Of a stretch of DNA of 64,000 bases, positions 1 through 15,984 are shown piece after piece. The notes beneath the pieces were generated by a model that did not search any database, was not told the origin of the DNA, and worked only from the letters and a program-made list of their open reading frames with translations. Source of the DNA: the human T2T-CHM13v2.0 reference genome, Homo sapiens. Position numbers and translations under genes: made by a program. The stretch lies in the NCBI RefSeq assembly GCF_009914755.1, contig NC_060933.1; one strand, given 5' to 3'. Each line of letters opens with the position of its first letter. The stretch's first letter is position 1.

Positions 1-1374
1 CATATTTGGAAACCCTTTCAAGGTGAGTAATTCTAAGGAACGAATTGTTTTTAAGTGTAAATACAATTTGTATGAACATCAACCTTAACAATGATGTTTA
101 CATAACATTCCATTATGTAGACATTTAATTAAACTTTTATCTATTTCAATTTTTCAGTTTTCTCTTTTTGTATTTTGAAGCCAAAAAAAAAAAATGTGTT
201 TTCAGACCTCAGGTTAAGGGAATAGATGAAAGCGGTCAGCCAGGGACCAGAAAGACCTCTTGGCCACCCTCCCGAAGTTGTGGTTCAGCAGAATCAGGCA
301 GAGCCTGGGTGCAGAAGGGACCTATAAGCTTATCTATCCCTGTTCTTCCCTTTTATGAATGGAATAACTCATGTCCAAGGAGGGGAGTGACTTGCCCAGA
401 AGATAGTATAGTTTGATTCTTCAAATGCAGAGTCCTGAGCCCTTTCAAACTTCTTGTTGTTTGTTTTACACGTTCCAAGATGATATTCAAGGAGTGGTTC
501 TCAAAGCCTAGGGGAGTGACCTCATGAGACGTCAAGGCTGCTGATGCTGGGAAGACTCATACAGGTCCACCCAGGCTGCACGTGTGTGTAACCCAATGAC
601 CAAATCAACAGTGACTTGAACCCGCAGCCAGGGGAGTGTGAGTGAAATATAAGCAGACGTTTTCACCAGTTGTTAAAACCTAGCAGGGGCATGAGGAATC
701 AATCACAGACTGTGCCTCAGCAAACCTCCATGAGGAAGGCTCAAGGGAGCGGAAGAGCAATCACAGGTCTCCACCATCCAAGAGCAAATCCAAGCAGAGC
801 TAAGCACTTTTGTGTCCTCTGGAGCAAGGCAACCCCATAACCTTGCAGAGATTCAGGAATGATGGAAGCTGAGGAGCTACATGGCCATGTCAGGAGGATG
901 ATGAGATCACCAGGCAGCTGCCATCAAGTTAGGGTTCAGAGTGGTCCTGGAAGAGAAGGAGATGCCCCTGCCTGGGACCACACAGGACAGAAGGGCATCT
1001 GGACAGTACCAGGCCATGTTCAGAAAGTGAAGGGGCTTTCCCATAGGAAGGTTATGGGCCCAAACACTTATTGAGCGCTTACTGTGTGGCTGGCGTAGTC
1101 AATAAGTGTTAAAGGAAGGGAGAGAGAAACTGCGAGGGAAGAGAGGAGGAGGAGACCCTGGACAGCAGGTGCTGTCGCTCTGAGGCTCCTCCATGTCCAC
1201 AGTTGGTGGCTTCTACCTTACATCTTTATACCTTTGAATTGGATGAAATGTATTTTCTCTTGGTCGTTAGGGCACTGGTGCACAATTTCAGTATGACCTT
1301 GTTGGTTCGTTCCACCTGGTCGTTAAGGTTCTGGGGACTGTGTATGAAGCAGTATCATACAGGAGAAGGAGGCA

Positions 1375-1560
1375 GGCAAACCTGGTTTTGAATTCCAGCC
1401 TAGCCACTATATAGCTGTGGTACCACAGAGACATTCTTTACCCTCTCTGAAAGTGAGTTTCTTCATCTGGGCAATGGGTGCTAAGAATTCTTGCTTCCCA
1501 GGGCTATAGCAATGTGCTAACACAGTCCCTGCTACATCATAGTAGAGGCCCCATAGAGTG
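1375..1560. mobile_element. MIR fragment
   Basis: Degenerate MIR core (ttgaattccagc...agctgtg...ctctctga...agtttcttcatctg). Confidence 0.6.
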
Positions 1561-2829
1561 CCTTTTCATGTCCCATGGTCAAGGTGGTCTTGCCTGAAAC
1601 TAAGACATAGCTCATTGTACTGCTCAAGTCAGAGCAAGCCAAGTGTGCTTTGGACAACTAATGTGCCTAAACCTGGGTCGTGAGAATCCTAAAAAGGAAC
1701 AGGGCATGGCTCTGGACCTCAGGGAAACAGAGTCAGATGTGGGGGAGACATAGATCTGGAAAAAAAAAAAAAGCACCGGGCTTGGGGTCTGGAGTTTGGG
1801 TCACCTTCCCAGGTTTGCCACAGATTTGCTATGGGTCCTTGATTAAGTCACAGTTCTCTGAATCTCAGTTCCCTCTTCTCTCCTGCTTGGGCAAAACTTG
1901 ATGGTCTCTAAGATTCATCCTTGTTGAGTAAGTGCTAAGCTACATGGCACAAATTTCAGATGCTTCTTTAAGTGTGTCCAAGAAGAAAATTCTCAGAGAC
2001 AGTTGGAGTGCCTGGGAGTGGCTAGAAAAAATTAGGGAAATGATTCAACATTTAGCCACAAGTGATACAACTAACTTAGGAGTCTGCTCCTCATCTCATG
2101 GGGGTCTTAAATTCTTCCCTCCAGTCCTTCTCTCTTGGGTTGTATTAGAAAGATTACTGAGGTAACCTTAAGCACAGCAGGTTGGATTCAGGTTAGATTT
2201 AAGGAAGGACTTCCAAACAAATGATTTTAAAGGCGTGAGCTTGTAAGTGAACAGAGAGAAAGGCATCATCTACTTTTTAAAAGCCTTAAGATGCTGGGCA
2301 CAGGTATATTTTGCATTCCTGAAAACTGTGCTAAGAGAATACACTGAATCAGTCCTGCTTAAAATGCACCAGAGTGTTCACTATTTAAAGGCATGGGGAT
2401 GCCCTTAAGTTCACTGTTTATGAATACGAGCTTTGTTTAGCCAGGTTTTTAAGGTGAAGATTCCCTAGCTGGATCTCTGTCACGCAGAGTTCAAATGTAA
2501 TCTTCCTCAGAGGCAGAGAAATAAATTCAGTTCATTCTCAAGGTTGCTTTCAGATCTATGGGTCCAGGAATGCATGAAATACAAGGAAAATGTTTATGAT
2601 GTTTCTGTATTGGCCAGCATTCCTGGTTTCTGTCCCTGGAGGACCTGCAGAGCCAGCAGTCTCTTCTTTGAGTATGTCTCAATCGTGAGCACCAGGCAAA
2701 ACCACAGGAGCAGTACCATTGTTCTGGAGAGTTTAGTCTGGGGCCTACTGGGAGTTGAGTAGAAGTTGGAATCTGATTTGACTTCCATTTACTCTGCACC
2801 TTGTACTTTGCAGTAACAAGAATGTCAGT

Positions 2830-3260
2830 GCCATGAGGGCAGGGACTATTTGTGATTTGCTTCTCATTGCCTGGCATGGAACGGGTACTCAATCAATGAT
2901 GAATGAATGAAAATGGACACATCAATTCTAGTTGACTTTCTGGCCTTTGGCCAGGTACTTAACTGCTCTGAGCCCCAGCTTCTACATCCATAGCATGGGG
3001 GATAGTAAGAGTTCCTACTTCACAGGGTTGTCATCAGGATTCAATGAGACAAAATATGCAAAGTACTTAGCGCGTTGTGTAGAATGTAATAGGCACTCAA
3101 CCAATGTTAGCTTAGTACTACTTTTTCTGTGTAAGATTATGTTGTCCTTTCCACAGCCCTGTAAGGAGAATATACCATCCCCACTGAACAGATGAGAAAA
3201 CTGAGGCTCAGGGGTGTCAGGTGACTGCCTGAGGTCACAGGTGGGACTGGGGCTCCTTGG
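2830..3260. mobile_element. L2 3' end followed by two oppositely oriented MIR fragments
   Basis: 'gcctggcatggaacgggtactcaatcaatgatgaatgaatga' (L2 tail); 'acagatgagaaaactgaggctcag' (MIR core). Confidence 0.65.
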
Positions 3261-4478
3261 TCTGTCCTCTTTCTACTGCGAAACACTCTGGTGAAACTAC
3301 AGAAGGACCCATTCCTGCTAATGAGGCACTAAAGGTAATGCACGAGGAACTCTCAGGAATATGTGGAAATTCTCCTGGGTTTTCCAGCTCCCGAGAGTGC
3401 CCTGGCTTTGTGGGGTGAAGTCCTTTGATTGTCTCAGGTTCCTGATCTGTTCATGACCCTGTTAGCCCAAAAGCTGGCAGAGCTCCATGTAAGTGCTACT
3501 GTTCTTTTTGTCTCCCTGACTCTCCCCTGCTACCCACCTGCATCGCCTTAGGCATTTATTCTTTGCTTAAACATGCCTATTTGCAGAGACACACTGAGCT
3601 AAGCAGCAAAGTGGAGGTTTCCAGTGAGAAGTCCACCGTGAGGGAATAGGGTGTCAGGAGAGGTCCTACCAGCTCATCTTGACCGAGATGCTCGTGTGCT
3701 GTGCTTTTGAAAATGCAAGCAGTCAAAGAACATTTAAAATGCGGTCAGTGGTTACTGTCCCTTTGTGGAACCGAGCAGACAGGAGTGCAGGTGTGAAACA
3801 TGACATCCATATGGAAATAGAAGGACAAAACAGTCTTTGTTAACTTGATTATCTACCCTGTGGTTAGAAATGAGGGCCTGGCTAAATGCAACACAGAGAA
3901 TCTAGAAACTTTGTTTTGCAAAAAAAGGCACCTACCCCATTTACACTTTACTGAACTATTATTAATAAGGAGCTTATGAGTCTATTAGATATGGTCTTTG
4001 CCTTCTTTCTCGATTCTAAGGTTGGGTTTCTGGGGACAGTGAAAAGCCCCAAAGGTGGGAAAAGCAAGAGGAGGGCAAACAGAAAGTCTGCAAACTCCAT
4101 CATCTGAATAACAGGGCTGATGCTTTAGAGTGTGCTGCTTGAAAATCTGGTGTGCATATTTAAATTATAGCTTTCCACACACAGAAAGGGCAGCCGTTCC
4201 CTTTAGCCCAGCCCCCTTTCCCTCTTATTATTAAAATAGAGGACAAAAGGGGTGCTTTTTTTCCTGGGTTTCTATTTTGGTATGAATTTACAAAATGTGG
4301 TTTAAGTATTGATTTTATAGGAAGAATGTCACATTTTAAGATTCAGTGTTAGGCATGGAGCTCTCTAAAAGATTGTTAAGTATTAAGGCCAGGAAAAAGG
4401 TGCTGTGCAGCAGTGCCCAGCAATAGAGGGCATTCAGGCAGGAGGGGCTGCCATTCATCAGCTACCCAGTCACCCTCT

Positions 4479-5086
4479 TGCGAGGGTGGAGCTGAGTTCT
4501 CCTCTGCACAGACTTCAGAGATACAGCAAAGGCAGAGCAGTGTTCTCCTCAGCACAGAGCCGGGCGGGCGGGCCGGGGGCACTGCAAGGGCGCAGCTGCA
4601 TTCTGCTCAGCACAGACCCGGGGGACACCACGAAGGCAGAGCAGCGTTCTCAGCACAGACCTTGGGGGCACTGCCTCGCTTTGGGACAACTCCGGGCCGC
4701 ATCCCCGGTGAATAAAATCCTTCCTGTTTGCAGCCCTGAATAATCAGGGTCAGAGACCAGTTAGAAGGGTTCAGTGTGGAAAACGGGAAACCAAAAGCCC
4801 CTCTGAATCCTGCCCACCGACGTTCTCCCCAGCCAAGGCGAGGCGGCCGCAGTGCGAGATCCACACCACAGCCTCAGAAGACAAATGCAGCATTCCTAAT
4901 GCAGACATGACACCCAAAATATGACACCCCCATTGCTCATGTAACAAGCACCTGTAATGCTAATGCACTGCCTCAATACAAAAATATTAATATAAGATCC
5001 GCAATCCCCTCGCTGCCATGCAGTCCTAAGACAGCAATCATAATAACCAACATTGACATAGTCAATACAAACGTAGTAACGAACCC
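4479..5086 (+). repeat. TAR1 telomere-associated repeat, truncated on its proximal side
   Basis: GC-rich units 'ttctcctcagcacagac...gcagagcag' starting at 4497, 4543, 4601 and 4647 (46/58/46 bp spacing), running into TTAGGG repeats. Confidence 0.88.
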
Positions 5087-5337
5087 AGGGTTAAGGTTGG
5101 TGTTAGGGTTAGGGATTAGGGGTTAAGTTTAGGGTTAGGGGTTGGAGATAGGGGTTGGGGTCAGAGTTAGGGGTTAGGAGTCAACGTTTAGAGTTAGGGG
5201 TTAAGAGAGGTTAGTGGTTTGGGATTAGGGGTTAGGGTGAGGGTGAGGGTTGGGGTAAGGGGTTAGGGTTAAGGGTCAGGGGTTAGGGGTTAGGAGTTAG
5301 GGTCAGAGGATAGGGGTCAGGGGTCAGGGTCAGGGGT
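5087..5337 (+). repeat. Interstitial degenerate telomeric repeat (TTAGGG, TTAGGGG, TTGGGG, TGAGGG, TCAGGG variants)
   Basis: Directly visible array of ~250 bp, G-rich on the + strand. Confidence 0.97.
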
Positions 5338-8492
<3,155 letters not shown>

Positions 8493-8729
8493 TATTCCAT
8501 AATCATTCTGATGCAAAAACAATTGTAACTCTCTTTCTAGTGCCTACATTTCCTATGAGCCCCAGTTGTGCATAGCAGAAAATACGGAAGCATCTAGGAA
8601 AACCTAGGGGCAGGAGGGGCTGGAAGGGAATAAGGCCTTTCAAGGTGTTTAAAGAAGAGACAAAGATGAAGAAGCAGGCATAGATTCTGAAGAGGTTTTT
8701 TGGTGTTTGTTGTTGTTTGCATTTACCTA

Positions 8730-8848
8730 ATTAGTTCTCAACTGCAGAGGCACATTAGAATCTTCTGGGGAATTTTTAAAATACGACTGCATGGGCCACC
8801 TGTCATATACACTGATGTAATTGGCCTGAGTTGGGGCCTAGGTGTTTC
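8730..8848. mobile_element. MER5-like hAT DNA transposon fragment
   Basis: 'gttctcaactgc...cacattagaatc..ctggggaatttttaaaa...ctgatgtaattggcctgagttggggcctagg'. Confidence 0.55.
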
Positions 8849-8850
8849 TT

Positions 8851-8881
<31 letters not shown>

Positions 8882-8908
8882 TTCTGTCTCTCTGTCTCTC
8901 TCTCTGTC

Positions 8909-8982
<74 letters not shown>
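8849..8982. repeat. Compound microsatellite (CT)n/(CTGT)-(TA)n
   Basis: Directly visible. Confidence 0.97.
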
Positions 8983-8983
<1 letters not shown>

Positions 8984-9555
8984 TGTTTTGTATATATCTA
9001 AGTATCTGTAGATATATACAGAACAGGGGATACCAGTGTGTACCTACCATTGAAATCAATTGTTTTCAAGTCTTTTTAGGTCTTATTCTCAGATGGTCTT
9101 GGGTAAATGGTGGCTGATTGCCTTCAGCATCTAGAATAAAACACTCTATGGCCCAGAGGAATTCCAGCTGGCATCTATGATCTTTTTCTCTTGAGGTAGA
9201 GCAGCTGAAGGGAGGATTATCTTCATGTTGAGTCTGATGGCAGGGTAATTTGCTTCATGTGGAGGCAAAGGGATATTGTTAGTTTTCCAGCTACATTGGG
9301 AGTTCTAAGTAGCCACATCTCAGGCTAATAGGAAGTCCAGATTGGTTCAAACCTTTTCTTAATTATCCTGTGTAGGAATGGACCACGCAGTATCCCTCAA
9401 GGAAGAATCAAGAGTGTTTCCACAGAGAATATACATATTTCATCTCTTTCTCTGCTGAATGGATCCCCACTGAAAGCCATGAATTAATTACTCTCATTAG
9501 ACCCTGTAGAATCCCAGTTTATGGCAGTGACATTAAAAACATCTAGTTCATGACT

Positions 9556-10079
9556 TGGATTAGGCAGCCTGTAAAATGACTTCCAGTGATCCCTGCTTTC
9601 TGGTATGTATGCCCTTGTATAATACCCTCCTCATGAGTGTAGGCAGAGGTAACATCACTTTTGAAACTAGGTTATATATATTAAAACAAACAAACAAACC
9701 TGTGGCTTCCATTTTGGGTACTTTATCTCACACTCTCTGATTTCTTGCTCCGTGGGAAACAGACTGTAATGTTGTAAGCAATGCTATGGAGAGGTCCATG
9801 TGGTAAGGAAGTGATAGGTCCTGATAAGAGCCAGTGAGGATCTAAGGTGGATCCCTTTCTGAGTTGAATATTGAGATAGATGACTACAGCCCTGGTCTAC
9901 ACCTTGATTGCAGCCTCATGAGGAATTCTGACCAAAAACACTGTGCTGAACCACGTCCAGGCTCCTGAGCCACATAAACTATGAGAAAACAAATATTTGT
10001 TTCAAGCCATTAAGTTTTAATTTGTTACACAGCAATAGATAACTAACACCTTTGTTACAGAGCAATAGATAACTAACAC
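9556..10079 (+). mobile_element. MLT1 (MLT1F-like) MaLR solo LTR with duplicated 3' terminus
   Basis: Starts 'tggattaggcagcctgtaaaatgac'; ends 'tttgttacacagcaatagataactaaca', present twice. Confidence 0.8.
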
Positions 10080-11474
10080 ATGGAAGGATTCATCAAGAGA
10101 AGCGTTTTTCATAAGTGAAATGTTATTTTCATCTCACATTTCAATTATTAGAAAATAAAAGAAAATAAATTTGGATAGGCTCTCATAAATTCAATGATAA
10201 GAACTTGGAAAATGCAACCACATGATAACCAGGAAGTAAAAGGAAAACATAAGAGGCATCTTCCCAGACGAGAGTAAATATCTGGTTCCCTGAGAAGTGT
10301 AGTTTGAGAATGGAGAAATCAGATGTTACTGGAAAGAGGCTAGGACTGTATTATTTCTTGCTTCCTGTCAAGTCTTTTCAACTCAAGAGAAAGTAAATTT
10401 TCTTGACAAACCATTCAAAATTAAAGGATAGGTGGGAGTACATGTGTCCCTGAAGGAACAAGTGACCTTCATTGAAAGCAGCAGCTTGGTTGAATAAATA
10501 CTGTACAGAAGTGGAATAAAGAGTAGCTGACAACAATGCTGAAATAGTTACACATGAAGTTTTAATGAGCTATTTCATATTAAGATACATATTGAGAATT
10601 CAAACCAGAGAGACCAGTTAATTGATATTTTCCCAACTCTGTTTTAGGGTGATCATAGAAATGATACCCACAAGTTAGTCACAGTGGCCTGCATCCATTT
10701 TGATATATCAGTGACGTATTCTGATTGGCCAGTAATCACCCATACTGACTGTTAAATATTTTTGTTATCACTCCTATGCATGGTGAATTTGAGTTCTGGT
10801 TTTCTTTAGCCTTGTGTTATTTATGTGTAAAGTTGGATCATGGAAGGCAAAGAATCTCTCGTGTGTCATTCACGCTCAAGTAAATGGCAGTGGGATAGGG
10901 ATGTAAATGAAACTGCATGATAAGCCCTGCAAGTCATTCTGATGTATCAATTTTGCTTACTGGTGTTTAATTGCAGACATTGTCATATTAACGCAACCAC
11001 TAATACATTATGGAGTAAGATGCAAAAATCACATGAGTCTTAACAGAAAAGAAATGTGATTTCTGTGGTGGGCCCCTTCTGCATTATTCTCTAACTTCTT
11101 GTTTTATACCTCTACTGTTAGAGAAATTTCAGTAGAAAATCGTGAGGGGCACTGTTTTAGAGTTTTTGTTGTTATAGCAATGCTTTTACTACAGCTAGGT
11201 CCCCTTGTACATCTTTATGTTCTTTGGCAGTCTAGAGAATCAGAAGAGCAAACTCTATGAGATAGAAACTCTAAGAACTTACCTCCAGCATCCCTTCTCT
11301 TCTGTCATTAAATTGAATTCATAGCCAACTCAAAGATTGACAATTTATACTATGGTTTTTATATTTTTATATTATAATTTATATTATGGCTTATGTCAAA
11401 ATGTTTTGTTCACTGCTTTGAAAGTATCTTTTGTTTACTTTTGTTATCATTTCATATTTTAATTTTTTCCTTTC

Positions 11475-14296
11475 TAATTGTTAGAAACTCATGTATTTAA
11501 TTTTATCTTTCAAAGAACATTTTTAAAAGGCTTACTCTGCTTATATGTATATTTTGCACAAAGCTTTCCATTCATAAACAAAAGGTGAATAGGAATCAGA
11601 ATTGAAAACTACATAATTTCTTTTCTCCTTTTGAGTCAAATCATCACAGTATAGATTAGTCATTGTGTATGAAGTGCATTGCCAAGACATAGTCACATTT
11701 GTGTACAAATGTAAAGGCTATATCTCAATAGAAATAAAAAAACAAAAAAATGCAGAAGACCATTAGCTAATAATACTAATAATCTAGTATAGAAAGCATG
11801 TGCCAACTGATCTAGACTCTTGTGACAGTTGTATATCTACTCAGCTGCTTGACCTTAGGTGTATCAAAATCTCGATTTCCTAGACTACAAATGAGTAAGA
11901 GGGATGGAGGCCCCTTACAGTTTTAAGATTCTGGAATTCTAAGTGGGTGTAACTGGAGCAAATTTTATTTTCTAAAATTTGCATAATAAATTTTAAAATA
12001 GGAGAAAAACTAATAATTAAAGTACATATTTCTGGAAGTCTTTTTTAGGTGACTTATACTACCAGGAATGGATTTACCACTAAATATTGGTTTTGCCTAA
12101 TTCAGCATTGCTATGTAATTTGATGGAAGTATAACTCCATAGACAAAGAGATTTGGTCCTAACATAGCTTGTATTTTATATGTATATACACTATTTCTAT
12201 TTAAATTTCTGTGTAGTCATGTTTTACCCTTTTAAAATGAAGATTAGTTTTATTATGTATTTTCTTTTGTCTATAAACATTCAGTGAATTCACACTGAAA
12301 ACTGATTATGAACAGATAGTCTGCTAGGCACTAAGGAAACACATATGAAAAACTAAGTCCTCCTCTGCCCTCAATATGCTCACAAGACTACAGTTACTGA
12401 AGCCTGACCTCAAAACCTAGCTAACAAAGTCCTTGAATCAGGTGATAGTTCAGAATACCATTCATGCTCTCTCCCAAGAGTATATCTGAGGAAGGGCAGT
12501 TCTTTCTAGTTTTCTACATCCTGGTCGTATAGGTCAACCACAGGAAAATTAAATGAATCTATTGGTTTGTTGACCTAGCCTTTTCATATAAGCCTCATCT
12601 ATAAATGTATTACCAAATACTATTTATGTAAAGGGACTTGAATGACAAATATTTTGAAATTAAAACCACAATGGTTAGCATAGCTTTTAAATTAGATAAA
12701 TGTTGACCTCCCATTGGTGAACATATAAAGTGCTACCAAGATCTGCCAATGAAAGACTTTGGAAGTGGAAATTCATCTTTTTAATAATCCTGTTATCTGT
12801 AAGCTGACCTCAAGCCTTCATGACATTCAAGGCCCCTTATTCCTAACTGTATCTTCTGTTTTGGGCATTGTGCTCTTGCCATCTAACAGGAAAACAACTT
12901 TCAGTGCTGCCACCTTTTGAACAGCAGAGATTTCTAGAGATTAGAAAATTACTAAATTTAAATATACATAGTTTTAAAATATGATACTTTTCTACCTATG
13001 CATTCAAATATATTCTAACTTTTAAATCCTGTAAATACTTATATTTGTAATGATTTTACTTATATGATCCAATTAATTGGCAAGAATATGTGGTGAAAGA
13101 TTTTTTACATGTTTGTATTGTTCTGTGTGAGACATCTACTGTAAGCATTGCTTCAGGTTCTCATTTTTGTCTGCCTTCCAGGATTTGCTGGCCCAAGTGC
13201 TGTGTGCTAGACTTAGTCTCGGTCACAGAGGGGAGGGAAACTTGCAGTTGAGCCAGACAGTTTTGTTATTCCTTTAAAATTAAAAGCATATGAAACAGAT
13301 ACAGCTTATTAAGGTTTTTTTAATAAATAAAATAAACTTAAATAACAAAATAATAAAGTTCAAAAACAACTTAAAATATAGTTTAATGCTGTAACCATAG
13401 GAAAAAAGCATGATTATTTGTGGGAAGAACATTATTAAAAGCCATATTCCCAAATACGAATTATACAAAGATAGATTATGTTACTTGAAAAAAACTTAAA
13501 GATTTCTCAATTTTACTTTGAGAAATTATAAAATGTTATTTTGTGGCAAGTAAGATGAAGTACAGTATTATCATCAATCACTGTTGCTATCTTATATACA
13601 AGATTTTTGGAAACATCCTTTTAGCAATACCCTTTCCACTTGAGCAGCATTAGAAATTTTGTTCTTGTTAATAGGTATAAGCATGTTCTAATCCTGTACT
13701 TTTGTTAAATTATCTATTTTATTGACTTTCGTAATAGATTTTTTTGAGAATATTCTTTTTTTCTGATTAGAGTTTAAGTAGATTATAATTTTTCACTAGA
13801 AAGCATTTAAAATGCTGCTCATTTTCTATAGTTAGTGTGGCTTGATTATCTGACAAATCCTGCCAGCAGCCTGTAGGTCTGATATACCTTATATAACATC
13901 ATCTGCATTATTATTATTATAGCAGCCATTTTATAAGCAGATAGGAATATTTAAATAATCATTATCAGATAATCAAATCTAACATACTCTTAAGGGTAAA
14001 TTAATTTAAGAAAAAAATTACTATTACTAACATCATGATTGTACAACCAGTTTTACAATTTTGTACAACCTTTAGTTACTAAATCTGATTTTTGTGTATA
14101 CTTTTCAAATCTTTCTTTAATGCAGTGTCTTAAAACAAACATAAATGCACAAGTCAAGCTTGATCAGTTTTTCAGTAGTTTTCCAGCCTTTCTTGATTAC
14201 TAAAAAATAAAAGGAAAGAAAATTTTGAGAAGAAAGAAAACAGTCCACTTAAAGAAATCTCCCTACTGGAACTGGTTCTTTATATACCATATGCAA
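11475..14296 (-). other. FGF7-like AU-rich 3'UTR; candidate poly(A) signal ATTAAA at 11496-11501
   Basis: Repeat-poor AT-rich sequence after the stop codon, resembling the recalled FGF7 mRNA tail. The end position is approximate. Confidence 0.7.
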
Positions 14297-14491
14297 TTAA
14301 GTTATTGCCATAGGAAGAAAGTGGGCTGTTTTTTGTTCTTTCTTCGTTTTTTTTCCTCTTACAGGAATCCCCTTTTGATTTAAGGCAACAAACATTTCCC
14401 CTCCATTGTGTGTCCATTTAGCTGCTGCATATGTGTTGTAATGGTTTTCCAGAATTAGTTCTTTGAAGTTACAATCTTCATTGCATTCTTT
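14297..14491 (-). CDS. FGF7P: FGF7-like exon 3 coding part: [64 protein letters not shown]
   Basis: Part of ORF 14297..14551. The true exon starts after tttgaacAG (14492-14493). 195 nt = 64 aa + TAA, phase 0, matching the exon 2 donor. Confidence 0.95.
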   Translation of the reverse strand, partial: KECNEDCNFKELILENHYNTYAAAKWTHNGGEMFVALNQKGIPVRGKKTKKEQKTAHFLPMAIT

Positions 14492-15578
14492 CTGTTCAAA
14501 CAAACAAACAAACACACAAACATTATCCAAATGATTTTTAGAGAGGCTCAATTAAACGAAGAGTAAGCAGCAATATTTGGTAGAATTGAAACATACACAA
14601 CTTTTTTTAACCCTCAGATTGAGCAGGCCTAATGTGGTTTATTAGCTAGACTTATGTAGTATATTTGCATAAAAAGGTATCTTAAATTTGAAATAAAGAC
14701 ACCACATAATGCACAGCTAGTGTGAAATATGTGTAGCTTTTTGGAAGTTCATGTCAACTATTCTTTAAAATTAGGACCTATTTCCCCCTAAGTAACAGGC
14801 CTCAAATTACTCTTCCCACATCACTCATTCTTTAACCACTGGAAATTTGGTAGAATTAGCAGAACCTCTGCCTCCCTCAGGTGAGAGACTTGTTTCACAA
14901 CTTTTCTTTATTTACTTGTACACTGTCTTCAGTGGTAATGGAAGATAAAAGGTTAATTTGTTTGTTCATCCATGCAACCATTTGTTCATTCAATTAAACC
15001 TGTATCATTATATAATTAGCCTGTTCCAGGCATTATGCTGAGCTGTGGGAATACAAAGGAAAGCCAATTATATTTTATTACAGTGGGATGAACTGTTACA
15101 TATTTTGCATTGTAGTGAAGTGGGAACAATGTGAATAATTACAGTTCAAAGCCCATGATTGTGAGATTGATGTTGATGAATGAACTAAACATTTCAAGAT
15201 TTTTTCCCAAGAATTTTCATGTCAGCAATGTGCAAATTGGGTGAACTTTAGCAAAAAGAGCTTTAATACTGGCAAATGGAAATTTTGGATTTTAAATATC
15301 TAAAATGCACATGGAATGTTAGAGCTGGAAGGCTCCTTAGAGGTCAGCTAATTCAACTCATTTTACAGATGAAGAAACCAGAATCCAAAGAACAAGCCAT
15401 TTGTCCAAAGTCACACAGAAAACATTTTTTCTTAACATTTGAGTATAAAGTGTTTTAATAAAATCATTAAATTATACAGTTGGAGATAGATTAAGTCCAT
15501 GTTTACTTTTCAGAATGGTGAGATATTTCAACAAAAATGAGTTTTAAAAATTAAGCCTAAGCTATCAATTATCAATAC

Positions 15579-15682
15579 CTTTGCATAGAGTTTTCCTTCC
15601 TCGTTCATTGCAAGATAGAATTCACTTTCCACCCCTTTGATTGCCACAATCCGAACTGCCACTGTCCTGATTTCCATGATAT
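15579..15682 (-). CDS. FGF7P: FGF7-like exon 2 (104 nt): (N)[34 protein letters not shown]; internal ATG at 15677
   Basis: Manual translation. Acceptor ttgcAG (15683-15684), donor GTattg (15577-15578). Missed by the ORF track. Confidence 0.93.
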
Positions 15683-15984
15683 CTGCAAGGAATCACAGAA
15701 AGACATGTCAAGTATTCGTTCAGCTTTGCAAATGATCCACGAATGGCCATTTGTTCTTATTTCTGTTTTAATCGGAAGTCTTTAAAATTTTTAATGTGAT
15801 TATTTACTCAGCCCAAGACCCCCGACCCACAAGAGATACACACAAACACCAGAATAGTCATTATATAAGGCAAGTGCAAACTGACGGTTTTTTATTTTGT
15901 GGAAAATGTGCCTGTATCGAATAAATAGTTACATATTTGAGTTCAGCTTTTTATTCTCTAGAATTAAATTTCTAATTTACTATA

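Larger units (their letters stand above)
11475..15682 (-). pseudogene. FGF7P: Unprocessed, 5'-truncated FGF7 (KGF) paralogue (FGF7P / KGF-like family): exon 2, intron 2, exon 3 and long 3'UTR; exon 1 absent
   Basis: Two minus-strand exons translate to the C-terminal half of FGF7 with GT-AG boundaries. No signal-peptide exon 1 was found upstream in the window. There are three substitutions versus recalled human FGF7. Which numbered paralogue this is cannot be told from the sequence. Confidence 0.95.

Noticed and set aside
1-4478. Short ORFs in the left flank
   Set aside because: No recognisable homology or exon structure; interspersed with MIR/L2 relics.
4376-4864. Overlapping GC-rich ORFs, or a CRISPR-like repeat array
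   Set aside because: TAR1 tandem units with no unique spacers, in primate DNA.
8700-9117. ORFs with SLSLSL/YIYIYI runs
   Set aside because: Microsatellite translation artefacts.
14492-14551. N-terminal 20 aa of ORF 14297..14551 (MSLSKNH...)
   Set aside because: Intron 2 read-through upstream of the splice acceptor.
14297-15682. The canonical FGF7 gene
   Set aside because: Three substitutions versus recalled FGF7 and the adjacent TAR1/telomeric block point to a duplicate. Absence of exon 1 alone is not proof, because FGF7 intron 1 is long.
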